DNA of 56,871 bases from Prorocentrum cordatum (Eukaryota). Position 1 is the stretch's first letter, and the number at the start of each line of letters is the position of its first letter. Made by a program: the position numbers and the translations under genes. The notes below the pieces were generated by a model. It saw only the letters and a list, made by a program, of their open reading frames with translations. It did not search any database and was not told the origin of the DNA. Location: assembly GCA_963575745.1 (NCBI GenBank), contig CAUYUJ010000060.1, positions 62,001 to 118,871 of the forward strand, in the 5' to 3' direction. Below, piece after piece: positions 34,048-46,640 of this stretch.

Positions 34048-37000
34048 GAAACGCGGCAGGAGCTTTGCAGCAGCGCCAAAGCCGATACATCCGACTGGAC
34101 CGTCTCAGCTGCGACCTTCTCTTCATTGCAGACTTTTGCTCGTACCTTCGATGTGGGTGACGCGACGGATGAAGTCAACATTTCCATTGATGCCGCCTCT
34201 TCGCCTTCCTACCCACACGGGTCCAGCCAAGCATACCTCCCGGGCAAGGGCAAAGTTACCGACACCGGGTGTGTTGCCACAGATATAGCCTCGAGTATGG
34301 AAATTTGTCGACCTCAGCCCGTTGATGCAGAAGACCATCCAAGTACACGTACATATAGACAATATAACCGCCCTGTTGGTAGTACGAGCTTGGGCAAAGA
34401 TACCTTCGTGCAGCCATCGGCGGAAATCTACCCGCTTTCGGGGATATCTACATCATCGTACTCACCACCAATTGTTCCCATCAAAGCTACCGCTACCGGT
34501 CAACTTTGCGCAGGCGTTGGGTTCTCCGATGTCTCACATTCTTCTTCGGTTTCCCCTTCCTCCTCCACATGGCACCGACATCGTCGACTCTGCACACCAG
34601 GTCGCGTCCGACGTGTGGCGACTTGGAACGTCGAGGGCTTGCGCGGCGACTCGTTGGTCAAGCTAGAAGAGCTCCTGCACGCGATGCGCAACAACAACAA
34701 CATTGACATCCTACGTCTTCAGGAGACGCATTTGCATGGGGCTGAGTATTAAAGTAAGCATAATTATAAGTTGTTCTTCTCTGGCAATCTTGATGCGCGA
34801 AACCGCACGTACGCTGGGGTCGGTTTCTTGGTGGGACCTTCAGTGGTGAGCTCTGTGATCGCTTTCATAGCGCCTGGCGACCAGATCGCCACGCTGCGCG
34901 TCAAGATCTCCGGAGGGGTGCTAACATTCATCAGTGCATATGCGCCGCACTCCGGGCTCGAGTACGAAGTGCGGCAAGGTTTTCACACGAAGCTGCAATC
35001 TGCAATCCGAGCTACAACCGCGCACAGTGCCACATATATCCTCGGCGACTTCAACGCGCAACTTCTGCGAGTGGGACCGGGGGAGGACAATACTATCGGG
35101 CAGCATGTGTTCAATACTCAACCAAGGGATGTTACTAACGACCCTGCCAGAAATCAGGGGCACACGATATCAAACAGGCAGTTGCTGGTGGAAACATGTA
35201 GTTCGTACGACTTGGTTGTAGCAAATGCGTTTTTTGATCACCCAAACTGCATGAAGATCACATGCCCGAACATTGGGATCAACCCCATGGACCCCGACAT
35301 CTCTACAGCAAGGTTTTCGCAGATCGATCATGTACTGTGCCACCGCAGCATGTTGTCTACGATTCAAGATTGTTGGACTGCGCGGGAGGTGTCCTTGAAC
35401 ACCCGTCATTTTCTGACAGTCGCAACAATCAGCATCGAGTTCGAGAGGCAACAGGGGCCTCGTCAACGCCAACGCTACATCGACAAGACCTCCCTGATGG
35501 ACGAGAAGGTTCAGGCGAAGTTCATTGGAGAATTGATTGAAACCGCGATGGGAAAGCCTTATACAGAGGACTTGGACAGCGCAGCCGAGAATTTACAGCA
35601 TGCTGTCTCCTGTGCTGCTGCCACACTGCCGGACAGAGATATTCGAGCCAGACGGCCCTGGACCAGCCAAAGAACATTGGATTTGATTCAAGCGCGGTCG
35701 CTTTACCGACAGCGCGGAGACCATGACAACAAGCGACGACTACACAAAAAGATACGGAAATCTGGGAATCAAGACCAGGAGACATGGCTAAATAATCTTG
35801 CGGCGGGTGGTGGTTGGGACGCAGTGAGATATTTACGGAATCCGTCAAAAGTGCAGCACGCAAGCATACAACACCCAAATGGCAATGTATCAGACACTTC
35901 TGAAAGACCGGATGTCTTGGCAGATTACTTTGAATCAACACAATGGGAATACAAATTTTCCGATCACCGCCCAGACAACCAAGCGCAACATGGCGACAAA
36001 CTTCCAATCGACATGGGGGCATTCACCTTGAACGAGTTCCAGAACGTGATCCGCAAGCCGAAGAAGGGCAAAGCAGCTGGACCTGACGACATTCCCCCTG
36101 ATGTTGGGAAGGTTTTGGCTTCCGACGAAGCGGCCAGCGACATACTCTTCAACATTTGTCAACAATGCTGGGTGCAAAAAGCAATCCCTGAATTTTGGAA
36201 GAGAGCAAACCTTGTACTGCTCTTCAAAAAGGGTAACGCCGCTTTGCCAGAGAACTACAGACCAATATCGCTATTGTCCGTGGGGTACAAGGTACTAGCA
36301 TCAATACTACACGACCGTTTGGTTCAAGGAGGTGCAAAAACACGAATAAGAGACTCGCAATTTGGGTTCCGGCCGCGCCGTGGCCCAGGCGACGCTCTCA
36401 TGCTAACGCGCCGGATGATCGATGCGGCCCACTTGCACGTCAATGGTGGTCTGATTTTACTTTTGTTGGATTGGGCGAAAGCCTTGGATATATCAAAACC
36501 AGGCTGTATGTGTGATGCCCTCGAACGCTTCGGCCTGCCAAGTGGTATGGTGGAAATAGTACGCTCGACTCCGCAAAATTTTCACAATCGAAGATCATGC
36601 AGGCCGCTTTTCTGAATGACGACAACGCGCCGGGATCGCCAAAGGCTGGCCGCTCTCGCGGCACTTGTTCATCATCGTACAAACTGTAATGTTGCATGAT
36701 GTGTATGGCACTCTTGAACTACTCCCAGAGCCTGATGTTGTGATTACACGTGATATTCTGTACGCTGATGATACATTGTTGATGTCTCATCATTGTTCCA
36801 ACCTGCAGCAAATCCTGGCAACAATAGTGGAGGAAGGTCGGAAATATGGCCTGGAACTTAATTGGGAAAAGACCGTACAAATACACATATCCACAGACCA
36901 GGCAATAACATCACGAAGTGGTGAGCACATAAAGGCAGTGAGGGACGCTATGTATTTGGGCGGTCTTATTTCGTGCGATGGGAAAGTGGCAACTGAATTA

Positions 37001-37467
37001 AACAGGCGACCTGGGGAAGCGAACCGTATCTTCAAGCAGTTGCATCGGATATGGAGCCGGACTTCAATTGGAAAGAAACGAAAAAAAATATATATGTATG
37101 AAAGTTGTGTCCTGAACAAGCTCCTGTACTCTTTAGATTATGTTTGGCTTCTGAAGGCAGACCGTGCGCGTTTAGACGCCTTCCACTGCAAATGCTTACG
37201 TCGTTTGCTGGGAGTTCGTCCTTCTTTTCACGGGTTAGCAATGCAGTTGTGCTTCAAAAAGCATCCGCTCAACCTCTGTCGAATATGTTGCTGGCCAGGC
37301 AAGTTGCATCGTACAATAAAATTATGAATTCGGGATGCCCGGCGCTTGTCAAAGCCGCTGTCTGTAATGATGATGGAACCCCCAAGAGATGAGCTCGGCG
37401 CCGAAAGAGGGGCCGCCCCCGCCAGCAGTGGGCGAGTCAGGTATACAAGTTGTCTCAGCATGTATAG
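34048..37467 (+). pseudogene. LINE ORF2 (AP endonuclease plus reverse transcriptase) with stops and frameshifts
   Basis: EN motifs: VATWNVEG, LQETH, SAYAPH, LGDFNA, QIDHVL. RT motifs: KAAGPDDI, NYRPISLLS, QFGFRP, LLDWAKALD, GIAKGWPLS, YADD (36761), YLGG, and C-terminal RGRPRQQW. Stops at 34750 and 36617; frameshifts near 36575, 37225 and 37390. Confidence 0.92.
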
Positions 37468-37911
37468 CAACGGTGCTCTTTCCCCTCCGTCCCCCCGTTT
37501 CCTCCTCTCCCTCCGCTCTGTATTCCAATGTCGTGATGCGCTTTGTTTTCTGCGTCACAATCATGATGCGCTCGGTTGTTCCGCGTCGCAGTCGTGAGGC
37601 ATTCCGCTTCTGCTTCACAGTCGAGTCTGTGCGTGCACGCAGCCGCTCTATAATGTCTTCTCAGTCATACTCTTCTGAAGAGTTGCCAACCGCGCACCCT
37701 TCTGCCCACGCGTCCCTCCGGACGCTCGGCTCAGTGGTGGTGGTGGTGTTTTTTCTCCTTCTGAAGAGAAGCGGCGGGGAAGCCATGGACGGCGCACTCT
37801 CCTGGCGGCTGGCGGTGCTGGGCACGCGGACGCCCGTGGCACCTGGCCTCTTCCAGGGCACGGTAGGTCGCGGACGGCCTCGACGCTCGCCAGCGTGGAC
37901 ACGCGGATTCC

Positions 37912-38133
37912 TGACTACCTACGGATTTGAGGATTGCCAGCGCCAGCGCTGACGTGGCACGGTAGGTCGCGGATTCCTCCAACCCAACCCGAAGACCCGA
38001 ATTTGACCCGAACTTCGGGTTGGGGGGGGCACGGGTTCCATGTGTTTTTTCAAGTTTCCCCGACCCTCCCCACTGGAAATGGAGGGCAAATTGAGGCCTT
38101 CGGGTTGGGTTGGGGTGGTTTGGTGGGTGGTGA
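37912..38133. mobile_element. MITE family D copy (TSD ATTCC) nested in a dispersed repeat
   Basis: Runs TGACTACCTAC...GGTGGTGA with ATTCC at 37907-37911 and 38134-38138. The uninterrupted site is visible at about 31601-31617. Confidence 0.85.
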
Positions 38134-39149
38134 ATTCCATGGTGCCGCCGGGCCCCATGGCAGTCGTGCGCTCCCTGGGCGCCCCGGGGGTACCCAAGCC
38201 GCGCACGGTTCCGTCGGGCTCCGTGAGTGCGCGCCGTGCCAACGGGGCCCCGCCCACACGGAGTCATCCCTGCTGCCCGCGGCGTGGCCCCGATTACGTC
38301 CCATGTCACTCATGCGGCCGCACTTCTCCCCACTACCTCTTCGCTTTCAGCCGCTTCGGCTTTTGCGGGGGCCGAGGACTCCTTCATGGACCCTCGGCCA
38401 ACGAAGACGTCCGTAAAAGAGGGTCCGGACGTACCTCCATCTTCGACACACCGTAACCTGATACACCAGACAACAAATTACTCATCGCATTATTCCTCCT
38501 CCTCCTCCTCGTCCTCCTCCTCCCTCTTTTCCTCCTACTCCTCCTCCCCCTCCTCCTCCTACTCCTCCTCCTCCTCCTTCTCCTCTTTCTCCGCCTCTTT
38601 CTCCTCCTCCTCTTTCTCCTCCTCCTCTCTCTCCTCCTCTTTCTCCTCCTACTGTTTCTCCTCCTCCTCCTTTTTCTCCTCATCCACATCCTCCGCGGCC
38701 GGTCGCCTCCGCAGGAACCTCAGCGCCCGACGCCGTGCAGCCGTGCAGCAGGCTGAGCGCGAGGCAGCCGAACCACTGGATTCGCACCTGCCAAGGGATG
38801 AGAGGAGGAAGGAGGAGGAGGAGGAAGATGAGGAGAAGGAGGAGGTGGAGGAGGACCGCACGTCGCCTGGGGAGGGGACGCGCCTGACGGTTTGGGTTGG
38901 CCTTGATGAGCCTGCACGCTCAGCCATCCTCCTGCCCTGAAGGAGTAAAAAAAGGGGAGCAGGCGGCGGTGCGGCAGCAGAGATGGATGGGGCGGCAGTC
39001 CTGCGCCCGCGAAACACGGGCTGAAGGCTGGCCACACGTCGCCACGGCTGCGGCGTGCCGAACCCGAGACGAAAGATTGCAGGAGACGTTGACGATATGG
39101 ACAGCTCTGGAGTTCGCCTCCGAGCTTCTGGTGAAAGTGAAAAGCAAAA

Positions 39150-39630
39150 CAAACGCACACAGTACAAGATACATGCATGCATACAAAAATATACCCATAC
39201 ATGCATGTAAGTATACACATACATACACGTACATATGCCTATACACACAAACATATGCATATACACATACATACACGTATGTGTACGCATATATGTATGT
39301 ATATATATGTATACATATACGCATGCACATACAAACACGTATGCATATATACACACATGTACACATACATTTACATGTACATACGCATTTACACATACAT
39401 AGGTATGTGCACATGTATATGCACATACATATGACTATATCTATACATACATACATACATACATACATACATACATTCATACATACATACATACATACAT
39501 ACATACATACATAAACATGTGCGAGTCACATATCTATATATATATATACATACATACATACATCCAGGCCTACACATATATACGATAGCATATGCATACA
39601 TGCACAACTATATGATATCTATATGTATAT
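39150..39630. repeat. (TACA/TA/CA)n microsatellite
   Basis: Seen directly. It abuts the inferred 3' end of the minus-strand LINE. Confidence 0.9.
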
Positions 39631-42600
39631 CATGACCCGATCGTTCTAAGTCCAGGGAGTCGTACACACAGCATTGCACGCGGAGAGGGGGGCCAAACCC
39701 AAGACGCATGATGGGATCACGGGGAAGGATGGCACGAGAAAGAGAGAGGTGGTGAATCAGACGAGGACAGCAGGGGTACTGAGCGATAGTCTGGAACGCA
39801 TACTTCAATCCCAGAGCATTCGCTGGTGCATCCGAATATGCAGCTCTTGGGCGCCAGTATCCCTATTCTGGCAGATGCGATCTAAGCGCCAGCAACCGTT
39901 TTTCAGGTGTGGCCAGATTCGGGAAGGGACTAGACACCGCAGCACACGCCTCAAACTAGCCCAGCGCCCTTCAAGCACACCGCTGTCTAGGGCATGCATA
40001 TCAGGAAACCATTATGCGAACCTTCTTCCGATGAGCCCAGCGATGCAGGTGGCAAAGAGAGAGGAGCAGAATGACCGGAGGAGCAGGGTCTGACTGCTCG
40101 GGCCTCGTTTTTTCTGAATCTCGGCGCTTTAGCGTCGGCTGCGCTTTTTTGGATGATGCCGCGCGGAATTCCGTTCAAAGTGTCCTGGGAGGGCTTCCAG
40201 CAGGGCCTCACAGCTCCAGAAAGACAGTGACGAGGTGGGTCGACAGCAAGAAGACCTATGCACGATCGCCCGACGGCGGACCCAGAATCTGGGAGCCCAC
40301 TCCTGCCGCGCAAACTCCACGAGAACTCAGCGACCCTCCGCTGCCCCCCCGCCACTCCCCAAAGAGAAAGCGACTGGCCAGCCAAGCATTCGCCGAACAA
40401 CATGCTTCAATATGAACAGGCGCGGCGCCGGGCATCCATACCCTTAGAGACCGCGTAACCCCAGAGTTTTCAAGGAGCTGGGAAGGAGCCCGCGGAGATC
40501 GTGAAGCGCGAGGACCCCATCGGCCACGAGAAGCGGATCGGGGAGGAAAACTATGTCACGCGCGAAAGGCAAAGGAGGATGACCACGAATTGAAAACGCA
40601 CGGAGGCCTCAGAAAGGAGCCCTGGGCAAATCCACTTCATTGGGAAATTCAAGGTCGGCCTGGGGTCCAAAAGGTCCCCGAAATACTTGGTGGGCAACTT
40701 CGATCTTGAAACCTTCCCACCCGGGGCAGAGTGAGCGAGGACTGGTCTTGCCCTGGCGCGCGCGGGCAATCGTCGCATGGCGCCCGCATCGGGACAAAGC
40801 ACCGCTTCGCAGGCTGCGGCCAAAGGGCGGCTACCTCTTCAGCCCACTGCTGAAAGGTGGCGTGCAAGTAAGAAGCGCTGGGGAAATTACATTCGTTTGC
40901 GATGCCCCCCCACAACCACCCCACCCTCCCACCCATCACCCCACCCCCTTCCCCTGCCCCCACCCCCGCCCCAGTACCCGCCCCTGCCCCACACCCCATC
41001 TTTACTTCCTATGATTAAACACCGCTACATCCCCACCTAGCTGGCCAATAGCACCCCCGCCGTCCTAACTGTCAAAAAAATACATTTGTTCAGAAAAAAT
41101 GCAACAATAATGAGACGGAGTGAACATCGCTTGGGTAACCCCAAGCGGGTGGTCGTGTCCTACGCACTAAGAAATACAAAGTCAACGTTTTTCTTGTAAA
41201 CATGGACTTTCTTGTCGTCGACGCTGCGAAAAGTGCAGCAAGAATGAGACGCGGCGAACATCGCGCGCGGACGCCTGGCCAACCCTACGCGGGACCCCCC
41301 GTCCTACCTGCCAAAAACACCGCAACGTCGACGTTGTGCTTGCCAACATGTACTTTCTCCTCGTCGGCGCTGCGAATCGCGCAGCGGGAATGGGACGCGG
41401 CGCACATCGCGCGGGGACGCCTGCTCGTCAACATGGACCTTCTTGTCGTCGACGCTGCGGCCCGTCGGGTTGAGGAGCTGGGCGGGCGCCAATCATAATG
41501 CCTCAAGCAAGTGCGGTTCGCCGCCTGCGCGCCCGCTGTCGCGCCCGAACGTCCTAGCCGCCCACGATATGATATGAGCGACAGGCGTCGGACGCGACGC
41601 ACTTGCTTCTTATGTTGTGGGGGGCGGGCGGGAGTGGGCGGAGCCCTCTGGCTCGTTCGAGCTGGCTAGCTTGACCCCGCCCCGCCCCGCCCAACCCCGC
41701 CCCGCCCCGGCCCGCCCTGACCCCTCCGCCCAATCATCGGCGCACCCCCCAAGATCCCTTTCAACATCCGCAGGAAAGGCCTCGCGCAAACACCTTTCGC
41801 CAAGGGTTGGAGCCCAGGGCCCGCAGACGCCCCGACAGCGGGCGTCCCCCCGGGACGCCCGAATGGCGGGGAGACGCGCCTACTTCAGCACATCCCCCCG
41901 CGTCGCGCGCCGGCCCGTCGAGAAGGCGGAGGCGCGAGGAAGGGGGGGGGCGTTCAACCGCGCGGCGAAGAAAGAGCCCGGACATGCTCGGGAAGGCGGC
42001 TTCAGCATCGCAGCCAAGACACCCCGGGGGCCGCTCGCCCGCGCCACGGAGGAGGCCAGCCCGCCGACATTCGGCGCCCAAAGCCACGACGCGCTCGCCG
42101 AGCTTTCTTCCTGGCGCGAACCCGATTTGCAACCCGCGGGCGTCTTTGGCTACTGCCCCAGACGGATGACGGCTGCGTCAACTCCTTTGCTATATGATTA
42201 TTTAACGACAGTTGCCGCGCGCTAACGGCCGAATGCAGTCGACCAGGTCGCTGGCCACTTCCCACTTTCTGGGGGAAATGCTAGCAGGCAATGGTTAAAG
42301 AGAGCCGGCGGGTTCTGACCTCAGGCCATATGAATGAGAACTCCGCGCGAAACTTCCGCGGGAATCGGGCAGCCTCTCCAGGCCCTCGCAGCGGGCCCGT
42401 CAGAGCCCGGGGCGGAATCTCGGGCCGTCGTAGAGGCGCGGCGAAAGTCGGCAAGTGAGGGGGCGGGGGGGCGTGAGTTGCCTGGAGGGGAAGGGGGGGG
42501 GCGCGCCTGTCCGGAGAAGCGCCTCACAGATCTTCCTGCGCGGGCGCGGCGGCGGACGGCTGCCAGTGGAACTTCAGCTCGCCGATCATGGCGACTGGGC

Positions 42601-45475
42601 CCATCGCGATCAGGCGCTCGCTCCCGGGCTCACCCCGCGGCCGAGCGCGTCGCGCGCCAGAGTGCCAGGGCGCGCTTCGTCGGATTCCACGGCGAGGCCC
42701 ACTGGAACACAATCTCAGCGAAGCGCCTGGGGTGACGGCCCCCACCGCCACCCCCTCCTCGGATCCAACTTCGCGCTCAAGCAGCGCAGCCTGCGCCTCT
42801 TGAAGCCTCGCATGAGACTGTCCAATCCGCCGCGGGCCCGCGCCCGCGCGGCCGACGATCGGCTCAGAAATTCCGGCGGCGGCGGCCTCGATCAGCCCCC
42901 CCCGCGACCCCCCCCCCGCCCGGGCGCCAGACGCCCCCGCCGACGTAGCTGCAGGGCAGCAGTTGAGCCCGCCGCACAGCGCCCGCGTTATGGGCTAGGT
43001 CCCGGGCACGCAACACATTGCGGGCATGCCCCGCGGCGAGGATCACAATGTCCTTGCCCTGGTCCCACTGCCCGTAGAACGGCTTGAACTCGATGCGGCC
43101 GCCCTCCAAGCACCTCTGGAGAGCGTCGCGGTATTCCGCGCCCTCGAAGACGAAAGGCGGGAACTTCTGGCCATCGACGCGCGTTGATTCCCCCGCTTGC
43201 ACGCGCACCTCAGAATCGCATGGTCGCCCAGCTGTGTCGCGCCAAAAGCGACCGCGTCATGCACCACCCGCGCGCCCCGTTCAGCACCCGCAGCACATGG
43301 GACTCCACTGGGGCAAAGTACTCGTCGATACGTCGTGGAGCTCCATGGTTTAATTTGAAATTATTCGGGGGCAGCAAGCCGACCCCTATCATGCGGGCGC
43401 TGCCGAACAGCTCCCGCCAGAAAGGCCCGGGACGATTGGCCCTCCCTGCGTCGAACCGCTGCGCTTGTCTGGGAACTGGGCACAGAAGAGACTCCGACGG
43501 TGCATCGCTCACGTTGAAGTCGCCAGCTGCTAACAACGCATTTCGTGATGGATCCCTGTGGCTCCATGTTGCGATATCCATCCAAGCCCGTCGAATGCCC
43601 CCCCTCGCCCCACTCGCAAGTTCACAGCGAGGTATACTAAGAATCTGAAACGCACATTTTGAAGGCGCATGCTCGATCGCGGCAATCGTGGCTCGGACTC
43701 TCTCTGGAGTGCGATGTCTGAAGAGCGGGGGCGCCTCCTCACCACCAGCAGCCGTCGTGCGATCGCCGAGCCATGGGGTGAGAATGGCGACGCCCCGAGC
43801 GCCGGGTCTGTCGGCGGTAGACAGGCGCGCCTTGAAGTTAATTTTCCATTGGGGAAGATAGCCGCGCACAGCCGCCTCGTATCATAAGGATGCACGATAA
43901 GGACGCAAGGGCCTCGGAAGAAGGTTTCGACATTTTGCGACCAGGGCGCGACCAGCGAAAGAGGCCAAGGATGGGCCGATGGGGGGAAGGATGCAAGGGT
44001 ACCCTTGGGAAGGTTGCCCATCCTTACTATCCGAGTTGACTGTAGTTTTCCTTCGAAGCCGTGGACCTCTTGCACCAGTGCGACGCGCCGTTGTCTGAGA
44101 AGCTCCGCCACCAGATTGACATGTTGCCTCCTCCCGCTTGCGTCTCGCCTGATGAGAATGCCTTGCGCATTCCAAGTCACGACCCCGATGTTCTGCGAGC
44201 TGGCCCGAAGCCCCCACGGCGCCCACCGCTGATTTTGGAAAGCGTCCACGTCGATGTGTCTACCTCTCGCCAGAGATCCTGGAACTGCCTTGATATGGAC
44301 CGCCTGTCGGTCTCGAAATATTGAACTACCCGATGCCACTTTGGATGGTCCGTCTGGACCCTGGACCTGCACTTCCACGAACTCGGACCCATCGCCGAAG
44401 ACCAACCGATTGCCTTGCGGGCCCAACATTCTTGTGGCGGAACCGCAGCACGAACCAACCCAAAAAGCCACAGCGCATGTCCTTCCCACTCTTGCCACTG
44501 TTGGTTTTTTTGCGCCTACGCCACATTTTTCCACCTGGAGGCTCGAAAGCCGTCTGAAGGCGCGCCAGCGCGAACCACGTCAGCTGCTCCACCAGGACAG
44601 TATAACTAATACTTGTTTGAAGGCTCTCACCGATGAGATTGACGTCCTTGTTGGAAACATTGGCGGCCGCCACGACAATCGAAATTACAATGTTTGAAGG
44701 ATTTCACCGATGAGATTGACGTTCTCGTTGGAAACATTGGCGGCCAGCGGCCCCTCTTCCGGCGCGGCGGGAACCCCACGTGGCGCCGCAGGGGCGTCGC
44801 AGCAGAGGACGAACAATGCAGGGTCGGTGGGACGGCTCCATTCCACCAACTTGGACGGGCCGATGGCGCCAGCCTCGGAAATGGCGCCCGGCTCCGAGCG
44901 CACCGGCACCATGGTGGACTCGAACGTGGTCTTGCTGTACTGGTGCATGTTGAGCTAAAAGGCGGACATGTGCCGCCCGACCGCAGCGTCTGCATGAGCG
45001 TGATGTCCTCCAGCGGCGGATCTTTCGGCGGCAGCAGGGCGAGTGTCACCTCCTCTGCCTGGGGCGCGCCATGGGTCACGCCCCATGCAGCTCATCAGTG
45101 CAATTCTGAAGGCGCCTGCCACGCGCTCACTCACCGCTGCGAATCTTCTTCCCGTGGTCGCCCTCCTCGCCGTCGCCGCCAGGACCAGGATCCGCAGCAG
45201 CGCGGCCGCGCGGGGCCACTTCGGAGAGCCAACGCGCGACGTGATGAAAAATACGCCCGCTGGCCCGCAAAACGCCAGAAAGCCTCAAAGACGTTACGTG
45301 TGGGGCCGGGAGGGACCGCTCCTGAACAACGGTCGCCGCAGCTCTTCGAGTTGCGTGGTGTCCTCACACGCCTACGGATTGGGGACACAGCTTGGTTCTA
45401 CCCCCAGAAAGCCTCAAAGAAGACGATGCCCGCTCGCACGTGTGCCGTTACAAGCTTCAGCCAAAATGGCAACGG
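39630..45475 (-). mobile_element. Highly degenerate, apparently full-length LINE (EN plus RT) beginning at a spliced-leader relic
   Basis: Minus-strand motifs in order: VTWNAQG (~44175), VQEVHG (~44065), GVAIL, AGDFNV (~43515), RRIDEY, GDHA, IRPLARGN (~42220), QIGFAPGR (~42125), DAEAAFPS (~41990), SGVPGGRPLSG, CADD (~41735), KYFG (~40680). The 3' boundary is approximate, and a non-LINE insert lies at about 40850-41720. Confidence 0.8.
45455..45475 (-). promoter_or_regulatory. Dinoflagellate spliced-leader relic
   Basis: Minus-strand ccgttgccattttggctgaag matches DinoSL ccgtagccattttggctcaag at 19/21. Confidence 0.85.
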
Positions 45476-45739
45476 GGGAGAAGGAGGTGGAGGAGAGGGG
45501 GCAATCTGAACGACGGGGGCGCCCTCCTGTACATGGACGAGGCTACACGGCAGGCACGGCTTCCGCGGGGCCCCTAACAGCGTCGCCAGCTTGCGCGACG
45601 GGCCCCCCAAGGACAAGGCACGTGCCGGGGCACTTGCTCCTCAGCCAGACCCCGTACTTGGGGCCCCCACTTGGGATTGAGCGCCGCCGCACGCCTCTGC
45701 CCGGGGCGCTGGCACCGACGTCCCACTCAGGGCGAACAG

Positions 45740-46640
45740 AAGAGAAGAGACGACAAGACAAGATAATATAATACAAGGTAAGGTACGACAAGATAATATA
45801 AGATAAGGTAAGATAAGATACGATACGATAAGATAATATAGTATATGATAAAGTAAGATAAGCGAAGGGAAGGGAACTTAAGGGACGAGAATATAGGATA
45901 AACAAATAGAATAGGATGAGCGAAGAGAGGAGCGGAGAAGAGAATATTATATAAGAAAAGGCAACACATCATTTTAATGGTACTATAAGATAAGACCAGA
46001 TATAATAATAGCAAGTAAGGTTATATAAGATAAGGTATTAGCAGATACAATAAAATACCATACGATCAGACAAAATGGTGTAGAGAAGCGAAGGGAAGGG
46101 AAGTCAAGGGAATATGAGGTGAGATAAACATATATAAAAATACGCGGAGAGAAGAGAAGAGAAGGTAAGAGGAGAGATAACACGAGAAGAGAAGAGACGA
46201 GAAGAGAAGATGACATAAGATATCGTAGTCTAAAATAATATTGTATAGTGTAAGGGAAGGGAAGGAAAGGGCGTTCAAGGGAAGATCCGATAATAGAAGC
46301 ACATGTAATAATAAAAGGGAAGGGAAGAGAAGAGAAGACAAGGGAAGACAATACAAGAGAAGCGAAGAGACGAGACGAGACGATACAATAAGAAAAGCGA
46401 ATACATGATCACATGACAGAAGATAATCAAAGCGAAGACAAGAGAAGAGGAACGAACATGCTATACTACAGAAGAAGACGACATACGAGAAGAGCAGAGA
46501 AGAGAACATAACATAAGATAAGGAATCACAATACGGTATACCATGCACACCTAAAGAAGATGAAAAAACCGAGAAGAGGCGCAAATCTAATATACTATGA
46601 GATAATATACGAGAAGAGATGAGAAGGAAGAGGAGGAGGG
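45740..46640. repeat. A-rich degenerate pentanucleotide microsatellite (ATAAG/AGAAG)
   Basis: Seen directly. Confidence 0.85.

Noticed and set aside
31570..38470. Direct repeats flanking the RT region read as LTRs
   Set aside because: The RT is LINE-type with an AP endonuclease. There is no integrase, PBS or TG...CA ends, and the repeats are diverged dispersed copies.
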